Origin: Candidatus Eiseniibacteriota bacterium
GTDB lineage: Bacteria > Joyebacterota > Joyebacteria > Joyebacterales > Joyebacteraceae
Direction of reading: 5' to 3'
DNA: 64,000 nucleotides
NCBI GenBank assembly: GCA_043819135.1
Contig: JBDRFG010000130.1
Coordinates: 1 to 64,000, forward strand
In this document: in pieces, positions 1-9,218 of the stretch
How the letters are laid out: each line of letters begins with the position of its first letter
Position numbering within the stretch: position 1 is the first letter of the stretch
Translations under genes and position numbers: made by a program
The notes under the pieces: generated by a model
What the model was told of the DNA's origin: nothing
Database searches by the model: none
What the model saw: only the letters and a program-made list of their open reading frames with translations

Positions 1-1
1 G

Positions 2-328
2 CGGCGGGTGGAGGAACTCGAGAGGCGCCACCCCGGGGGCGTCCTCGTGGTCGACGCGGCGCTCCTGGTGCAGTGGGACGTGCTGGACATGTTCGATGTC
101 GTGCTGGTCGTTCACGCTCCGGGCGAGCTCAGGACCCGAAGGCTGGTGGACGGGGGGTTCGAAGAGGACGACGTCAGACGGAGGATGAGATCTCAGCTGC
201 CGGACGATGCAATGCTCGCGGCTGCCGATACGGTGATAGAGAACGAGGGCACGCTTGCGGAACTCCGCGCCGCGGTGGAGGGGTTCTGGGGGGCGCTGCC
301 CGGACACATACGGGAGGACATAAGATGA
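2..328 (+). CDS. coaE: Dephospho-CoA kinase, C-terminal part (5' end outside window)
   Basis: VVDAALL...FDVVLVVHAP...R..RL...RMRSQ...ADTVIENEGTL matches the CoaE C-terminal half; TGA overlaps the prfB ATG (ATGA 325-328). Confidence 0.85.
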   Translation, partial: RRVEELERRHPGGVLVVDAALLVQWDVLDMFDVVLVVHAPGELRTRRLVDGGFEEDDVRRRMRSQLPDDAMLAAADTVIENEGTLAELRAAVEGFWGALPGHIREDIR

Positions 329-1414
329 GCGAGCTAGAGAGAACTCTCCAGGAACTGGTCAGCAGGGTCGCCGAGCTCGAGGAGTATCTTTGACGTAGCG
401 ACCAAGACCAACCGCCAGAATGAACTTGAGAAGGTTACCTCGTCGCCGGATTTCTGGTCCGACGCGGCCGCCGCCAAGGAGGTCTTCGGCGAGCTGAACG
501 CCCTCAAGGCGTGGACCCGGCCGCTCGCCGAGTTCCGTTCGGAGTGCGAGGACCTGTCGGCGCTGATCGAGATGGCCGAGGAGGAGGACGGCGAGGCGGC
601 CGACGCGGCCTCGGCGGGACTCGAGGCGCTCGAGGGGAAGCTCCGGGAACTCGAACTCAGGAAGATGCTCTCGGGTACTGACGACGAGGGGAACGCCATC
701 CTTGCCATTCACCCGGGCGCCGGCGGCACGGACTCCGCGGACTGGGCGCAGATGCTCCTGAGGATGTACCTCGCGTGGGCCGAGCGTCGCGGCTACGAGG
801 TCAAAACGATGGACGTCCAGCCCGGGGACGAGGCCGGCATCAAGAGCGCGACGGTGCTCGTCAAGGGGCCGTTCGCCTTCGGCTACATGCGCGCGGAAGT
901 GGGCGTGCACAGGCTGGTGAGGCTGTCACCCTTCGACGCGGCTCACCGGCGTCACACGTCGTTCGCCTCCGTCGCCGCCTATCCCGAGGTCGACGACGAC
1001 GTTGAGGTCGAGATCGACGAGTCCGACATCCGAGTCGATTTCTACAAGGCGAGCGGTCCCGGGGGACAGCACGTCAACAAGAGCTCGACGGCCGTGCGAC
1101 TGACGCACGAGCCATCCGGGATCGTCGTCACCTGCCAGAACGAGCGCTCGCAGTACCGGAACCGCGTGAACGCGATGAAGGTCCTCCGGGCCAGGATCTA
1201 CGCTCTCCGCGAGGTGGAACGGCGCGAGGAGCAGGCGGAGGCCGAGGGGCAGAAGATGGAGATCGCCTGGGGAAGCCAGATACGGTCGTACGTCATGCAC
1301 CCGTACCAGCTGGTCAAGGACAACAGGACGGGCGTGGAGACTTCCGACGTCGGCGGCGTGCTCAACGGCGACCTCGACGGCTTCATTGAGGCCTATCTCA
1401 AGGCCACGGAATAG
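325..1414 (+). CDS. prfB: Peptide chain release factor 2, translated via +1 programmed frameshift at CTT-TGA-C (388-394)
   Basis: ATG325 MSELERTLQELVSRVAELEEYL-stop; the +1 frame continues DVATKTNRQNELEKVTSSPDFWSD into the 572..1414 ORF with SPF (LSPFD) and GGQ (GPGGQHVNK) motifs. Confidence 0.97.
379..394 (+). promoter_or_regulatory. RF2 autoregulatory +1 frameshift site with internal Shine-Dalgarno
   Basis: GAGGAG-TAT-CTT-TGA-C, the canonical prfB slippery signal. Confidence 0.95.
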
Positions 1415-1504
1415 CCCGGCGGGCGTGGCACGGGGGTCTCGCGCGCCGTGCCGGCCGCACTCTGGAGCCCGAACGGGCGGGCGGCGTCAAGCGGCCGCGT
1501 TTGC

Positions 1505-1532
1505 TTGACTGGCGCCGACAAGATGGTATAAG
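1505..1532 (+). promoter_or_regulatory. Putative sigma70 promoter for lysS and downstream genes
   Basis: TTGACT-16 nt-TATAAG with TGn extended -10, in the prfB-lysS intergenic gap. Confidence 0.55.
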
Positions 1533-1584
1533 GGTCTCTGCGGTATTCGGACTCAACAGTGGGCATCACCCCGGGGGAGCGGCG

Positions 1585-3042
1585 TTGGAGAACACGGAGA
1601 AGAGCCTGCCCGCGCGGATGCGCGAGAACCTGGACCGGCTGAGAGAACTTGGCGTCGAGCCGTACCCTCGCAGATCGGCGCGCACGCACACGGCCGAGGC
1701 CGTCGTGAGCGGCTTCGAGGCGCTCGAGAACAGGGAGATCACGGTCGCCGGACGACTGATGGCGATCCGCGGCCACGGCAAGGCCGGGTTCGCGGACCTG
1801 GTGGACGGGACGGGGAAGATACAGATCTACGTCAAGAAGGACGACGTCGGCGAGCAGCTCTTCGAGATCTGGAAGCTGCTGGACGTGGGCGATATCGTCG
1901 GGGCCACCGGCGAGGCCTTCCGGACGCGGAGCGGTGAGCCGAGCGTCAAGGTGGCGGGCCTGACCGTTCTCGCCAAGGCCCTGCTCCCGCTGCCCGAGAA
2001 GTGGCACGGTCTCAAAGACAAGGAACTGAGGTACCGGCATCGCTACCTAGACCTCCTTGCGAACGAAGACTCTCGCCGGACGTTCGAGGTCAGAAGCACG
2101 ATGCTCCGGATCGCGAGGGACTTTCTGCACGAGCGCGGCTTCGTCGAGGTGGAGACCCCCGTGCTCCAGCCGATGTACGGAGGGGCCTTCGCGCGTCCCT
2201 TCGAGACCCATCACCACGCGCTCGACATGCCGCTCTACCTGCGCATAGCCGACGAGCTGTATCTCAAGCGGCTGATAGTCGGCGGGATGGAGCGCGTCTA
2301 TGAGATCGGCAAAGACTTCCGGAACGAGGGCATGGACAGGACCCACAGCCCCGAGTTCACTCAGCTGGAGCTCTACCAGGCGTACGGTGACTACCACGAC
2401 ATGATGGACATTACGGAGACACTGGTCGCCCGCTTGGCGACCGAGGTGCACGGCGGCACGCGCTTCCCCTGGGCCGAAGCGGAGATAGACGTCGCACCGC
2501 CCTGGCGGAGGCTCAAGGTGATGGACGCCGTGGAGGGCGTGGTGGGGGCGGAGGCGCTCGCGAGCGACGCGGCGCTCCTGTCGGCCGCGCGCGCGGCCGG
2601 CCTCGACATTCGCGACGGCGCCTCGCGCGGAGACGTGATCGAGAGAATTCTCGACGAGCTTGTGGAGCCTGGACTCGATGTGCCGACGTTCCTCATCGAC
2701 TACCCCAAGTCGATCTCGCCGCTGGCGAAGCAGACGCCGGAGGACCCCGAGATCGTCGAGCGCTTCGAGTTTTTCATCGGTGGACTTGAGCTGGGGAACT
2801 CCTTCACCGAACTGAACGATCCCGTCGAGCAGGTGCGGCGTCTGGAGGCGCAGGTGCAGGAACGCGAGGGCGGCAACGCCGAGGCGCACGGGATGGACGA
2901 GGACTTCATTCGCGCGCTCGAGCACGGCATGCCGCCGACCGGGGGTCTGGGCATAGGTCTCGACCGGCTGGTCATGCTGCTCACGAATTCCTGGAACATC
3001 CGCGACGTCATACTGTTCCCGTCCATGCGTCCGGAGGTGTAG
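1585..3042 (+). CDS. lysS: Lysine--tRNA ligase (class II)
   Basis: OB-fold (AGRLMAIRGHGKAGF), YLRIADELYLKRL, FRNEGMDRTHSPEFT and GMPPTGGLGIGLDRL motifs; TTG1585 follows GGGGAG (the ORF track starts at 1501). Confidence 0.97.
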   Translation: MENTEKSLPARMRENLDRLRELGVEPYPRRSARTHTAEAVVSGFEALENREITVAGRLMAIRGHGKAGFADLVDGTGKIQIYVKKDDVGEQLFEIWKLLDVGDIVGATGEAFRTRSGEPSVKVAGLTVLAKALLPLPEKWHGLKDKELRYRHRYLDLLANEDSRRTFEVRSTMLRIARDFLHERGFVEVETPVLQPMYGGAFARPFETHHHALDMPLYLRIADELYLKRLIVGGMERVYEIGKDFRNEGMDRTHSPEFTQLELYQAYGDYHDMMDITETLVARLATEVHGGTRFPWAEAEIDVAPPWRRLKVMDAVEGVVGAEALASDAALLSAARAAGLDIRDGASRGDVIERILDELVEPGLDVPTFLIDYPKSISPLAKQTPEDPEIVERFEFFIGGLELGNSFTELNDPVEQVRRLEAQVQEREGGNAEAHGMDEDFIRALEHGMPPTGGLGIGLDRLVMLLTNSWNIRDVILFPSMRPEV

Positions 3043-3115
3043 TGCACCGGCCTTTCTGGCGCAGGCGGCTGTGCGCGCCGGCAAACCCGGGGCCTCGAGA
3101 AGGAGAAAGAAGCCA

Positions 3116-4348
3116 GTGTCGTTCGAGTGGTTCATCGCCTGGCGGTATCTGAGAGCAAAGCGTAAGACCAGGTTCATCTCGATAATAACGTTCATCTCCG
3201 TCGCCGGCGTCGCGGTCGGCGTGATGGCGCTCGTCGTGGTGCTGGCCGTGATGAACGGCTTCGAGAACGAGATCCACAGCCGCATAATGGGAATCAACGC
3301 GCACGTCATCCTGCTTCGCTACGGGGACGAGCCGCTCAGGAACTACGACGAGCTGGCAGAGACGGTCGAGGAACTTCCCGAGGTCGTCGCGGCGGCGCCC
3401 TTCACGTACACGAAAGCGGTCCTGCAGGGGCACGGCAGTTCGGACGGGATAGTTGTGAGGGGCATAAACCTCGCGCTCGAGTCGGCCGTCACGGACATCC
3501 TCGACAACATAGACCCGCCGCTCTCCTCGCTCGCGACTCTACCCGGCGAGGCGCCGGGCGCCATCATCGGCGCCGAACTGGCGCGGCGGCTCGGTACCAC
3601 CGTCGGCGACACGGTCGCCGTTTCGTCGCCGTTCGACTACGTGCTGACGGTGATGGGACCGATGCCGGCCGTCGCGCGGTTCAAGGTGAAGAGTCTTTTC
3701 AGCTCGGGCATGTACGAATACGACCAGTCGCTCGTCTACATCGATCTTCCGGTAGCGCAGTCGCTCTTCGGACTCGACGACGGCGTGATCGGTGTGGCCG
3801 TCAAGATCGTCGATCCCTACGCGGCGCCCGAAGTCGCGCAGAAGGTCGTGGAGGCGGTCGGCGGGTTTCCCTACAGGGCCAACAACTGGATCGAGCTCAA
3901 TCACAATCTCTTCAAGTGGATGAAGACGGAGAAGATGGTGATGTTCTGGATACTCTCGCTCATCGTCATGGTCGCCGCCTTCAACATAGCGAGCACTCTG
4001 ATCATGGTGGTCATGGAGAAGACCAGGGACATCGGGATCATGAAATCGATGGGCGCGACGCCGCGCTCGATCCTTCGCATCTTCGTTCTTGAAGGGCTTG
4101 TGATCGGGGCGTTGGGCACGATCGCCGGGACCGCGGCGGGGTATTCCCTCGCTATACTTCTGGATCGTTACCAGTTCGTCACGCTTCCGGGAGACGTGTA
4201 TCCGATCGAGACTCTGCCGGTGCAGATGCACGGGCTCGACTTCATCATCGTCGCCGCCGCGGCCATGGTCATCAGCTTTCTCGCGGCCATCTATCCGGCG
4301 TCGTCGGCTTCAAGGCTCGCGCCCGTCGAGGCCATCCGGCGAGAGTAG
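3116..4348 (+). CDS. lolE: Lipoprotein-releasing ABC transporter permease (LolC/LolE family)
   Basis: FEWFIAWRYLRAKRK N-terminus, VLAVMNGFE, VMEKTRDIGIMKSMGA, YPA..ASRLAPVEAIR; GTG3116 follows AGGAG. Confidence 0.9.
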   Translation: MSFEWFIAWRYLRAKRKTRFISIITFISVAGVAVGVMALVVVLAVMNGFENEIHSRIMGINAHVILLRYGDEPLRNYDELAETVEELPEVVAAAPFTYTKAVLQGHGSSDGIVVRGINLALESAVTDILDNIDPPLSSLATLPGEAPGAIIGAELARRLGTTVGDTVAVSSPFDYVLTVMGPMPAVARFKVKSLFSSGMYEYDQSLVYIDLPVAQSLFGLDDGVIGVAVKIVDPYAAPEVAQKVVEAVGGFPYRANNWIELNHNLFKWMKTEKMVMFWILSLIVMVAAFNIASTLIMVVMEKTRDIGIMKSMGATPRSILRIFVLEGLVIGALGTIAGTAAGYSLAILLDRYQFVTLPGDVYPIETLPVQMHGLDFIIVAAAAMVISFLAAIYPASSASRLAPVEAIRRE

Positions 4349-4379
4349 TGGGCGGTGCAACCGTAGTCGGGAGTGATTC

Positions 4380-5066
4380 ATGCTTCGGCTCGAGAACATC
4401 ACGAAGAGCTTCAACGCCGGCCCGGACCATCTGGACGTGCTCAGGGGCATAGACCTGACCGTCGGGGAAGGTGAGATCGTCGCCATCGTCGGTCCTTCGG
4501 GCGTCGGCAAGAGCACGCTTCTGCACATCATGGGCGCGCTCGACACCCCGACGACGGGCAAGGTCTACGTCCGCGACACGGACGTGTTCGCCATGCCCGA
4601 GACCGCGCGCGCCGCCTTCAGGAATCGGACCGTAGGTTTCGTTTTCCAGTTTCACCACCTGTTGAGAGAACTCACCGCGCTCGAGAACGTCATGATGCCC
4701 TGTCTCATCGGCGGCATGGAGCGGGACGAGGCCGCCGCGCGGGCGGAGGAACTTCTGGCGGCCGTCCGGCTTTCGGACAGGGCCAGCCACAGGCCCGGCG
4801 AACTCTCCGGAGGCGAGGAACAGCGCGCGGCGGTCGCGAGGGCGCTCGCCACCCGGCCACTGATGGTCCTCGCGGACGAGCCGTCCGGGAACCTCGACAA
4901 GGTCTCGAGCGACGAGCTCCACGATCTCATCTGGGGACTCAGGGATTCGATCGGTCAGACGTTCGTGATAGTGACGCACAATCCGGACCTCTACGGACGC
5001 GCGGACCGCGTCGTCGCCCTCAAGGGAGGACTGGCCACCGAGTGGGAGGAGGGCGCACAGCGATGA
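4380..5066 (+). CDS. lolD: Lipoprotein-releasing ABC transporter ATP-binding protein
   Basis: Walker A GPSGVGKST, LolD motif GFVFQFHHLL, LSGGE signature, ADEPSGNLD. Confidence 0.92.
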   Translation: MLRLENITKSFNAGPDHLDVLRGIDLTVGEGEIVAIVGPSGVGKSTLLHIMGALDTPTTGKVYVRDTDVFAMPETARAAFRNRTVGFVFQFHHLLRELTALENVMMPCLIGGMERDEAAARAEELLAAVRLSDRASHRPGELSGGEEQRAAVARALATRPLMVLADEPSGNLDKVSSDELHDLIWGLRDSIGQTFVIVTHNPDLYGRADRVVALKGGLATEWEEGAQR

Positions 5067-5605
5067 CGTGCGAGCGATGCGGAAGCAGAACAGCCACCGT
5101 GCGCTACGCCGAGGTCGTCGACGGTTCGCTGACCACCTGGAATCTCTGCGAGGAGTGCGCGAGCGAACGCGGAGTCACGGGCTCCCTGACGGTGCTCGTC
5201 GGTCCTCCGGTCAACATATTGAGGGGGCTTCTCGAGGGTGGCGGCGAGGCCGGGGTCTCCGACACCATGCCGCCCTGTCCCAGGTGCGGACTGACCTTCG
5301 GGGAGTTCAGGCGAGTAGGCCGGCTGGGATGCGGAACCTGCTACGAGACCTTCGGGACTCAGCTTCTGCCGCTCCTGCGGCGCATCCACGGGAGCGCGGA
5401 GCACGCGGGATGTGTGCCCAGTGAGATTTCGGGCGACCACTTCCGCCGCAGGGAGATCCTGAAGCTGAAGGGCAAGCTGACCCGGGCCGTGGCTGCCGAG
5501 GACTACGAACTGGCCGCGGAGCTAAGGGATGCCATCAGGGCCAGGGAGTGCGAAGTCGTGGGCGCGGAGACGGTCGATGTGGACACCCGAAACAATGATG
5601 AGTAG
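5063..5605 (+). CDS. mcsA: Protein-arginine kinase activator McsA (CxxC motifs plus UVR domain)
   Basis: CERC, CEEC, CPRC and CGTC motifs, GRLGC..CY..F, C-terminal UVR EDYELAAELRDAI; ATG overlaps the lolD stop. Confidence 0.9.
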   Translation: MTCERCGSRTATVRYAEVVDGSLTTWNLCEECASERGVTGSLTVLVGPPVNILRGLLEGGGEAGVSDTMPPCPRCGLTFGEFRRVGRLGCGTCYETFGTQLLPLLRRIHGSAEHAGCVPSEISGDHFRRREILKLKGKLTRAVAAEDYELAAELRDAIRARECEVVGAETVDVDTRNNDE

Positions 5606-6635
5606 GTCGGCAGGCTGGCTCGATGCCTCGGGGCGCGAGTCGGACGTCGTGCTCTCCACTCGCGTGAGGCTCGCCAGGAATCTGGCCGGCGAGAAGTTCC
5701 CGTGCTGCTCGAGCGACGAGGAAGCGAATTCCGTCAGGGAGCGCGTCCTCGCCGCGATGTCGAAGAGCAACTACATGACGAACGCTCTGGTTCTCCGGAT
5801 GGAGGACGTCGATCCCCTCACGCGCCGAGTGCTCGTCGAGCGGCACCTCGTGTCCGCCGCCTTCGCCGAGGACGGCGCAGGCAGGGCCGCCGTCGCTGGT
5901 GAGGGCGAGCTGGTCTCGGCCATGGTCAACGAGGAGGACCACCTGCGCCTGCAGTGCATCCGCTCGGGTCTTACCCCCGTGGACGCCTGGCGTCTGGTCG
6001 AGCGTATCGATTCCGAACTGGAGCGGAACTTGCATTATGCCTTCTGCAGCGACTGGGGGTACTTGACAGCTTGCCCCACGAATGTGGGGACCGGGATGCG
6101 CGTGTCTGTGCTGATTCATCTAGCGGGACTGTCCAGGACCGGGAGGATCTCTCAGGTACTCAAGAGTATCGGCAAGCTCGGGCTGTCTGTCAGAGGCTGC
6201 TACGGTGAGGGGAGTACGGCGCAGGGTGGTTTCTTCCAGGTCTCGAACCAGACGACCCTCGGCCAGTCGGAAGAGGACATCGCGAACACGATCGAGCGGG
6301 TTGCCGCTCGACTGGTCAAGATCGAGCACGAGGCCAGAGCCGAACTCGTGCGGACGGACGAGCATCGCCTGGAGGACGAGGTCTGGCGCGCGCGCGGTAC
6401 CGTCGCCAACGCCAGGTTGATATCATCGGCCGAGTTCATGGAACTCGCCTCGTCGCTGAGGCTCGGAGTAGCGCTCGGGATCATCGACGCTCCGGACCTG
6501 GCCGCCCTCAACCGGTTGCTGGTGGCCACACAACCGGGGCATCTCAGCCGCACGTGCGGAGGCGGTACGTCCGCGCGCGAACGTGACATCGCCAGGGCCG
6601 ATCTCGTGCGCAGAAGCTTGGCCGGGCTGAACTAG
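5577..6635 (+). CDS. mcsB: Protein-arginine kinase McsB
   Basis: STRVRLARN, NEEDHLRLQ, LTACPTNVGTG, RGCYGEGS and QVSNQTTLG guanidino-kinase motifs. Confidence 0.95.
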   Translation: MWTPETMMSRSAGWLDASGRESDVVLSTRVRLARNLAGEKFPCCSSDEEANSVRERVLAAMSKSNYMTNALVLRMEDVDPLTRRVLVERHLVSAAFAEDGAGRAAVAGEGELVSAMVNEEDHLRLQCIRSGLTPVDAWRLVERIDSELERNLHYAFCSDWGYLTACPTNVGTGMRVSVLIHLAGLSRTGRISQVLKSIGKLGLSVRGCYGEGSTAQGGFFQVSNQTTLGQSEEDIANTIERVAARLVKIEHEARAELVRTDEHRLEDEVWRARGTVANARLISSAEFMELASSLRLGVALGIIDAPDLAALNRLLVATQPGHLSRTCGGGTSARERDIARADLVRRSLAGLN

Positions 6636-6666
6636 CACGGTGGCCGTCGCCCAAATGGAGGCGCTC

Positions 6667-9117
6667 ATGCAGAGACAGAGGGACTTCACACCACGGGTCA
6701 GACGCGTCCTCTACTTCGCTCGAGAGGAAGCGACTCGGCTCCACCACGACTACCTCGGGACCGAGCATCTTCTTCTCGGTGTCGTGCGCGAAGGGGAGGG
6801 CGTCGCGGCGACCGTGCTGCGCGAACTCGCCATCGACCTCGACACAATACGCGAGATGGTCGAGTCGTACGTCCCTCGCGGGACCTATACGTCGACGATG
6901 AAGGAGACGCAGTGGACACCGCGCGCCAAGACGGTGCTTGAGCTGGCCCGCGAGGAGGCGAGGATCCTCCATCATCAGTACATCGGAACGGAGCATCTTC
7001 TGCTTGCGTTGATCCGGGAGGGGGAGGGCGTGGCGGCGAAGGTCCTTCGGGACATCGACGTCGATCTCAGGGGGACGCGCGAGCAGGTGATGAAGGTCCT
7101 GGGCAACGCCGGGGAGGCCTCCGACGAGGGGACCGTCCGCGCTGCCGAGACGCCCACGCTCGACCAGTTCGGGCGAGACCTCACCGAACTTGCCAGGAAG
7201 GGCCAGCTGGACCCGGTCATCGGGCGACAGCAGGAGATGGAGCGGGTGCTTCAGGTGCTTTCGCGCAGGAAGAAGAACAACCCGGTCCTGATCGGCGAGC
7301 CCGGAGTGTGCAAGACCGCGATCGTCGAGGGCCTGGCTCAGAAGATAGTCGCGAACGAGGTGCCCGCGACGCTCAAGGACAAGAAGCTGATCATGCTGGA
7401 CCTGTCTTCGACCGTCGCCGGTACGAAGTACAGGGGCCAGTTCGAGGAGCGGCTCAAGACCCTCATCAATGAGATCCACGAGAGCGAGAACGTCATCATC
7501 TTCATCGATGAGCTGCATACCATAGTCGGAGCGGGTGGGGCCGAAGGGGCGATCGACGCCGCCAACATGCTGAAGCCCGCGCTGGCGCGGGGCGAGCTCC
7601 AGGCCATCGGCGCGACCACACTGGACGAGTACCGGAAGCACATCGAGAAGGACGGGGCGCTCGAGAGGCGCTTCCAGCCCATCATCGTCGACCCGCCATC
7701 GGTCGACGAGACCATCGAGATCCTGAAGGGACTGAGATGCAGGTACGAAGAACACCACTCGGCCGACATCTCGGATGAAGCGATCGTCGCCGCGGTCAAG
7801 CTGGCCGACCGGTACATATCCGACAGGTTCCTGCCCGACAAGGCCATCGACGTGATCGATGAGGCCGGAGCGCGCGCCCGGCTCGAGATAAGCACGATCC
7901 CGATCGAGGTGAAGGAACTCGAGCAGGATCTGGAGAACGTGTCCTGCGAGAAGAGGTCCGCGAGCGAGAACCAGGAGTTCGAGCGGGCCGCGGAGCTGCG
8001 GGACAAGGAGCGCGAGTACCAGCAGAAGCTGGAGACCGCCCGCAAAGACCTCGTGCAGTCGAAGAACCAGCGGCGGGCCAAGGTAGAAGCCGACGACGTC
8101 GCCGCCGTCGTGGCGGGCATGACCGGCATCCCCGTGAAGAAGCTTGCGCAGGAGGAGAGCGAGAAGCTCCTCCGGATGGAGGACGAACTTCGCAAGTACA
8201 TCGTCGGGCAGGAGGAGGCGCTGACCGTTGTGGCCAAGGCGGTCCGGCGCAATCGAGCCGGGCTCCGGGACCCCAGGCGCCCGATCGGTTCGTTCATCTT
8301 CCTGGGTCCGACGGGCGTCGGGAAGACCGAACTCGCCCGGACGCTGGCGGGGTTCCTGTTCGAGGACGAGAACGCGCTCGTCAGGCTCGACATGTCCGAA
8401 TACATGGAGCGCTTTGCCGTCTCAAGGCTCGTGGGCGCGCCTCCCGGCTACGTGGGATACGAGGAGGGCGGCCAGCTGACCGAGAAGGTGAGAAGGCGTC
8501 CCTACAGCGTCGTGCTGTTCGACGAGATAGAGAAAGCGCACCCGGACGTGTTTAACATCCTGCTGCAGGTGCTCGAGGACGGGCAGCTGACGGACAGCTT
8601 CGGTCGGACTGTTGACTTCCGCAACACGGTTGTCATAATGACATCTAACGTTGGCGCCCGTGATATCGCGCAGCACAGAGGTATAGGCTTCGCCCAGGAG
8701 GAGAGCAGCGAGGATACGCACTCCCAGATGAAGGGCAAGGCCACCGAAGCTCTCAAGCGCGTGTTCAATCCCGAGTTCCTGAACAGGGTCGACGGAACTG
8801 TCGTCTTCCACGCGCTCGGCATGGACGAGATGCGCGAGATCATCGACATCCTGCTTCGCGATGTCGAGAAGCGCGTGAACGAGGCGGGCGTGAGCCTCGA
8901 GATAAGCTCAGAGGCCAAGGAGCTTCTGATCGAGAAGGGATTCGATCCGGCCTTCGGAGCGAGGCCGCTCCGGAGGGCGATTCAGCGGTACCTCGAGGAT
9001 CCCCTCTCCGAGGAGATCCTCAAGGGCAAGTGCGGCGGCAGCCGGATAGCAATTGAGCGCAAGGGCGACGAGCTGGCGTTCCGAACGGCGCGGAAGAAGG
9101 TCTCGGCGGCGAAGTAG
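6667..9117 (+). CDS. clpC: ATP-dependent Clp protease ATP-binding subunit ClpC
   Basis: Two Clp-N repeats (GTEHLL), NBD1 with GTKYRGQFEER and IDELH, UVR M-domain (QEFERAAELRDKE), NBD2 GPTGVGKT, GYVGYEEGG, IGF ClpP-docking loop; ATG6667 follows GGAGG. Confidence 0.96.
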   Translation: MQRQRDFTPRVRRVLYFAREEATRLHHDYLGTEHLLLGVVREGEGVAATVLRELAIDLDTIREMVESYVPRGTYTSTMKETQWTPRAKTVLELAREEARILHHQYIGTEHLLLALIREGEGVAAKVLRDIDVDLRGTREQVMKVLGNAGEASDEGTVRAAETPTLDQFGRDLTELARKGQLDPVIGRQQEMERVLQVLSRRKKNNPVLIGEPGVCKTAIVEGLAQKIVANEVPATLKDKKLIMLDLSSTVAGTKYRGQFEERLKTLINEIHESENVIIFIDELHTIVGAGGAEGAIDAANMLKPALARGELQAIGATTLDEYRKHIEKDGALERRFQPIIVDPPSVDETIEILKGLRCRYEEHHSADISDEAIVAAVKLADRYISDRFLPDKAIDVIDEAGARARLEISTIPIEVKELEQDLENVSCEKRSASENQEFERAAELRDKEREYQQKLETARKDLVQSKNQRRAKVEADDVAAVVAGMTGIPVKKLAQEESEKLLRMEDELRKYIVGQEEALTVVAKAVRRNRAGLRDPRRPIGSFIFLGPTGVGKTELARTLAGFLFEDENALVRLDMSEYMERFAVSRLVGAPPGYVGYEEGGQLTEKVRRRPYSVVLFDEIEKAHPDVFNILLQVLEDGQLTDSFGRTVDFRNTVVIMTSNVGARDIAQHRGIGFAQEESSEDTHSQMKGKATEALKRVFNPEFLNRVDGTVVFHALGMDEMREIIDILLRDVEKRVNEAGVSLEISSEAKELLIEKGFDPAFGARPLRRAIQRYLEDPLSEEILKGKCGGSRIAIERKGDELAFRTARKKVSAAK

Positions 9118-9177
9118 AGTCGAGTTCCCGCGGCCGTAGCGCCCCTCGGGAGCCCGGCCGCGCGACCGCCTCGACTC
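9117..9177 (+). other. Nested inverted repeat (RNA stem-loop) in the clpC-tamB intergenic region
   Basis: GAGTCGAG(9117-24)/CTCGACTC(9170-77) encloses CGCGGCCG(9129-36)/CGGCCGCG(9155-62); no U-tract. Confidence 0.35.
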
Positions 9178-9218
9178 GACGCGCCGCCCTGCGGTGGGGC
9201 GGGGGAGTTCTCTCTAAG

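Noticed and set aside
1427..1452. GGCACGG/CCGTGCC hairpin after prfB as a terminator
   Set aside because: Short stem, large loop and no U-tract; not distinguishable from background in GC-rich DNA.
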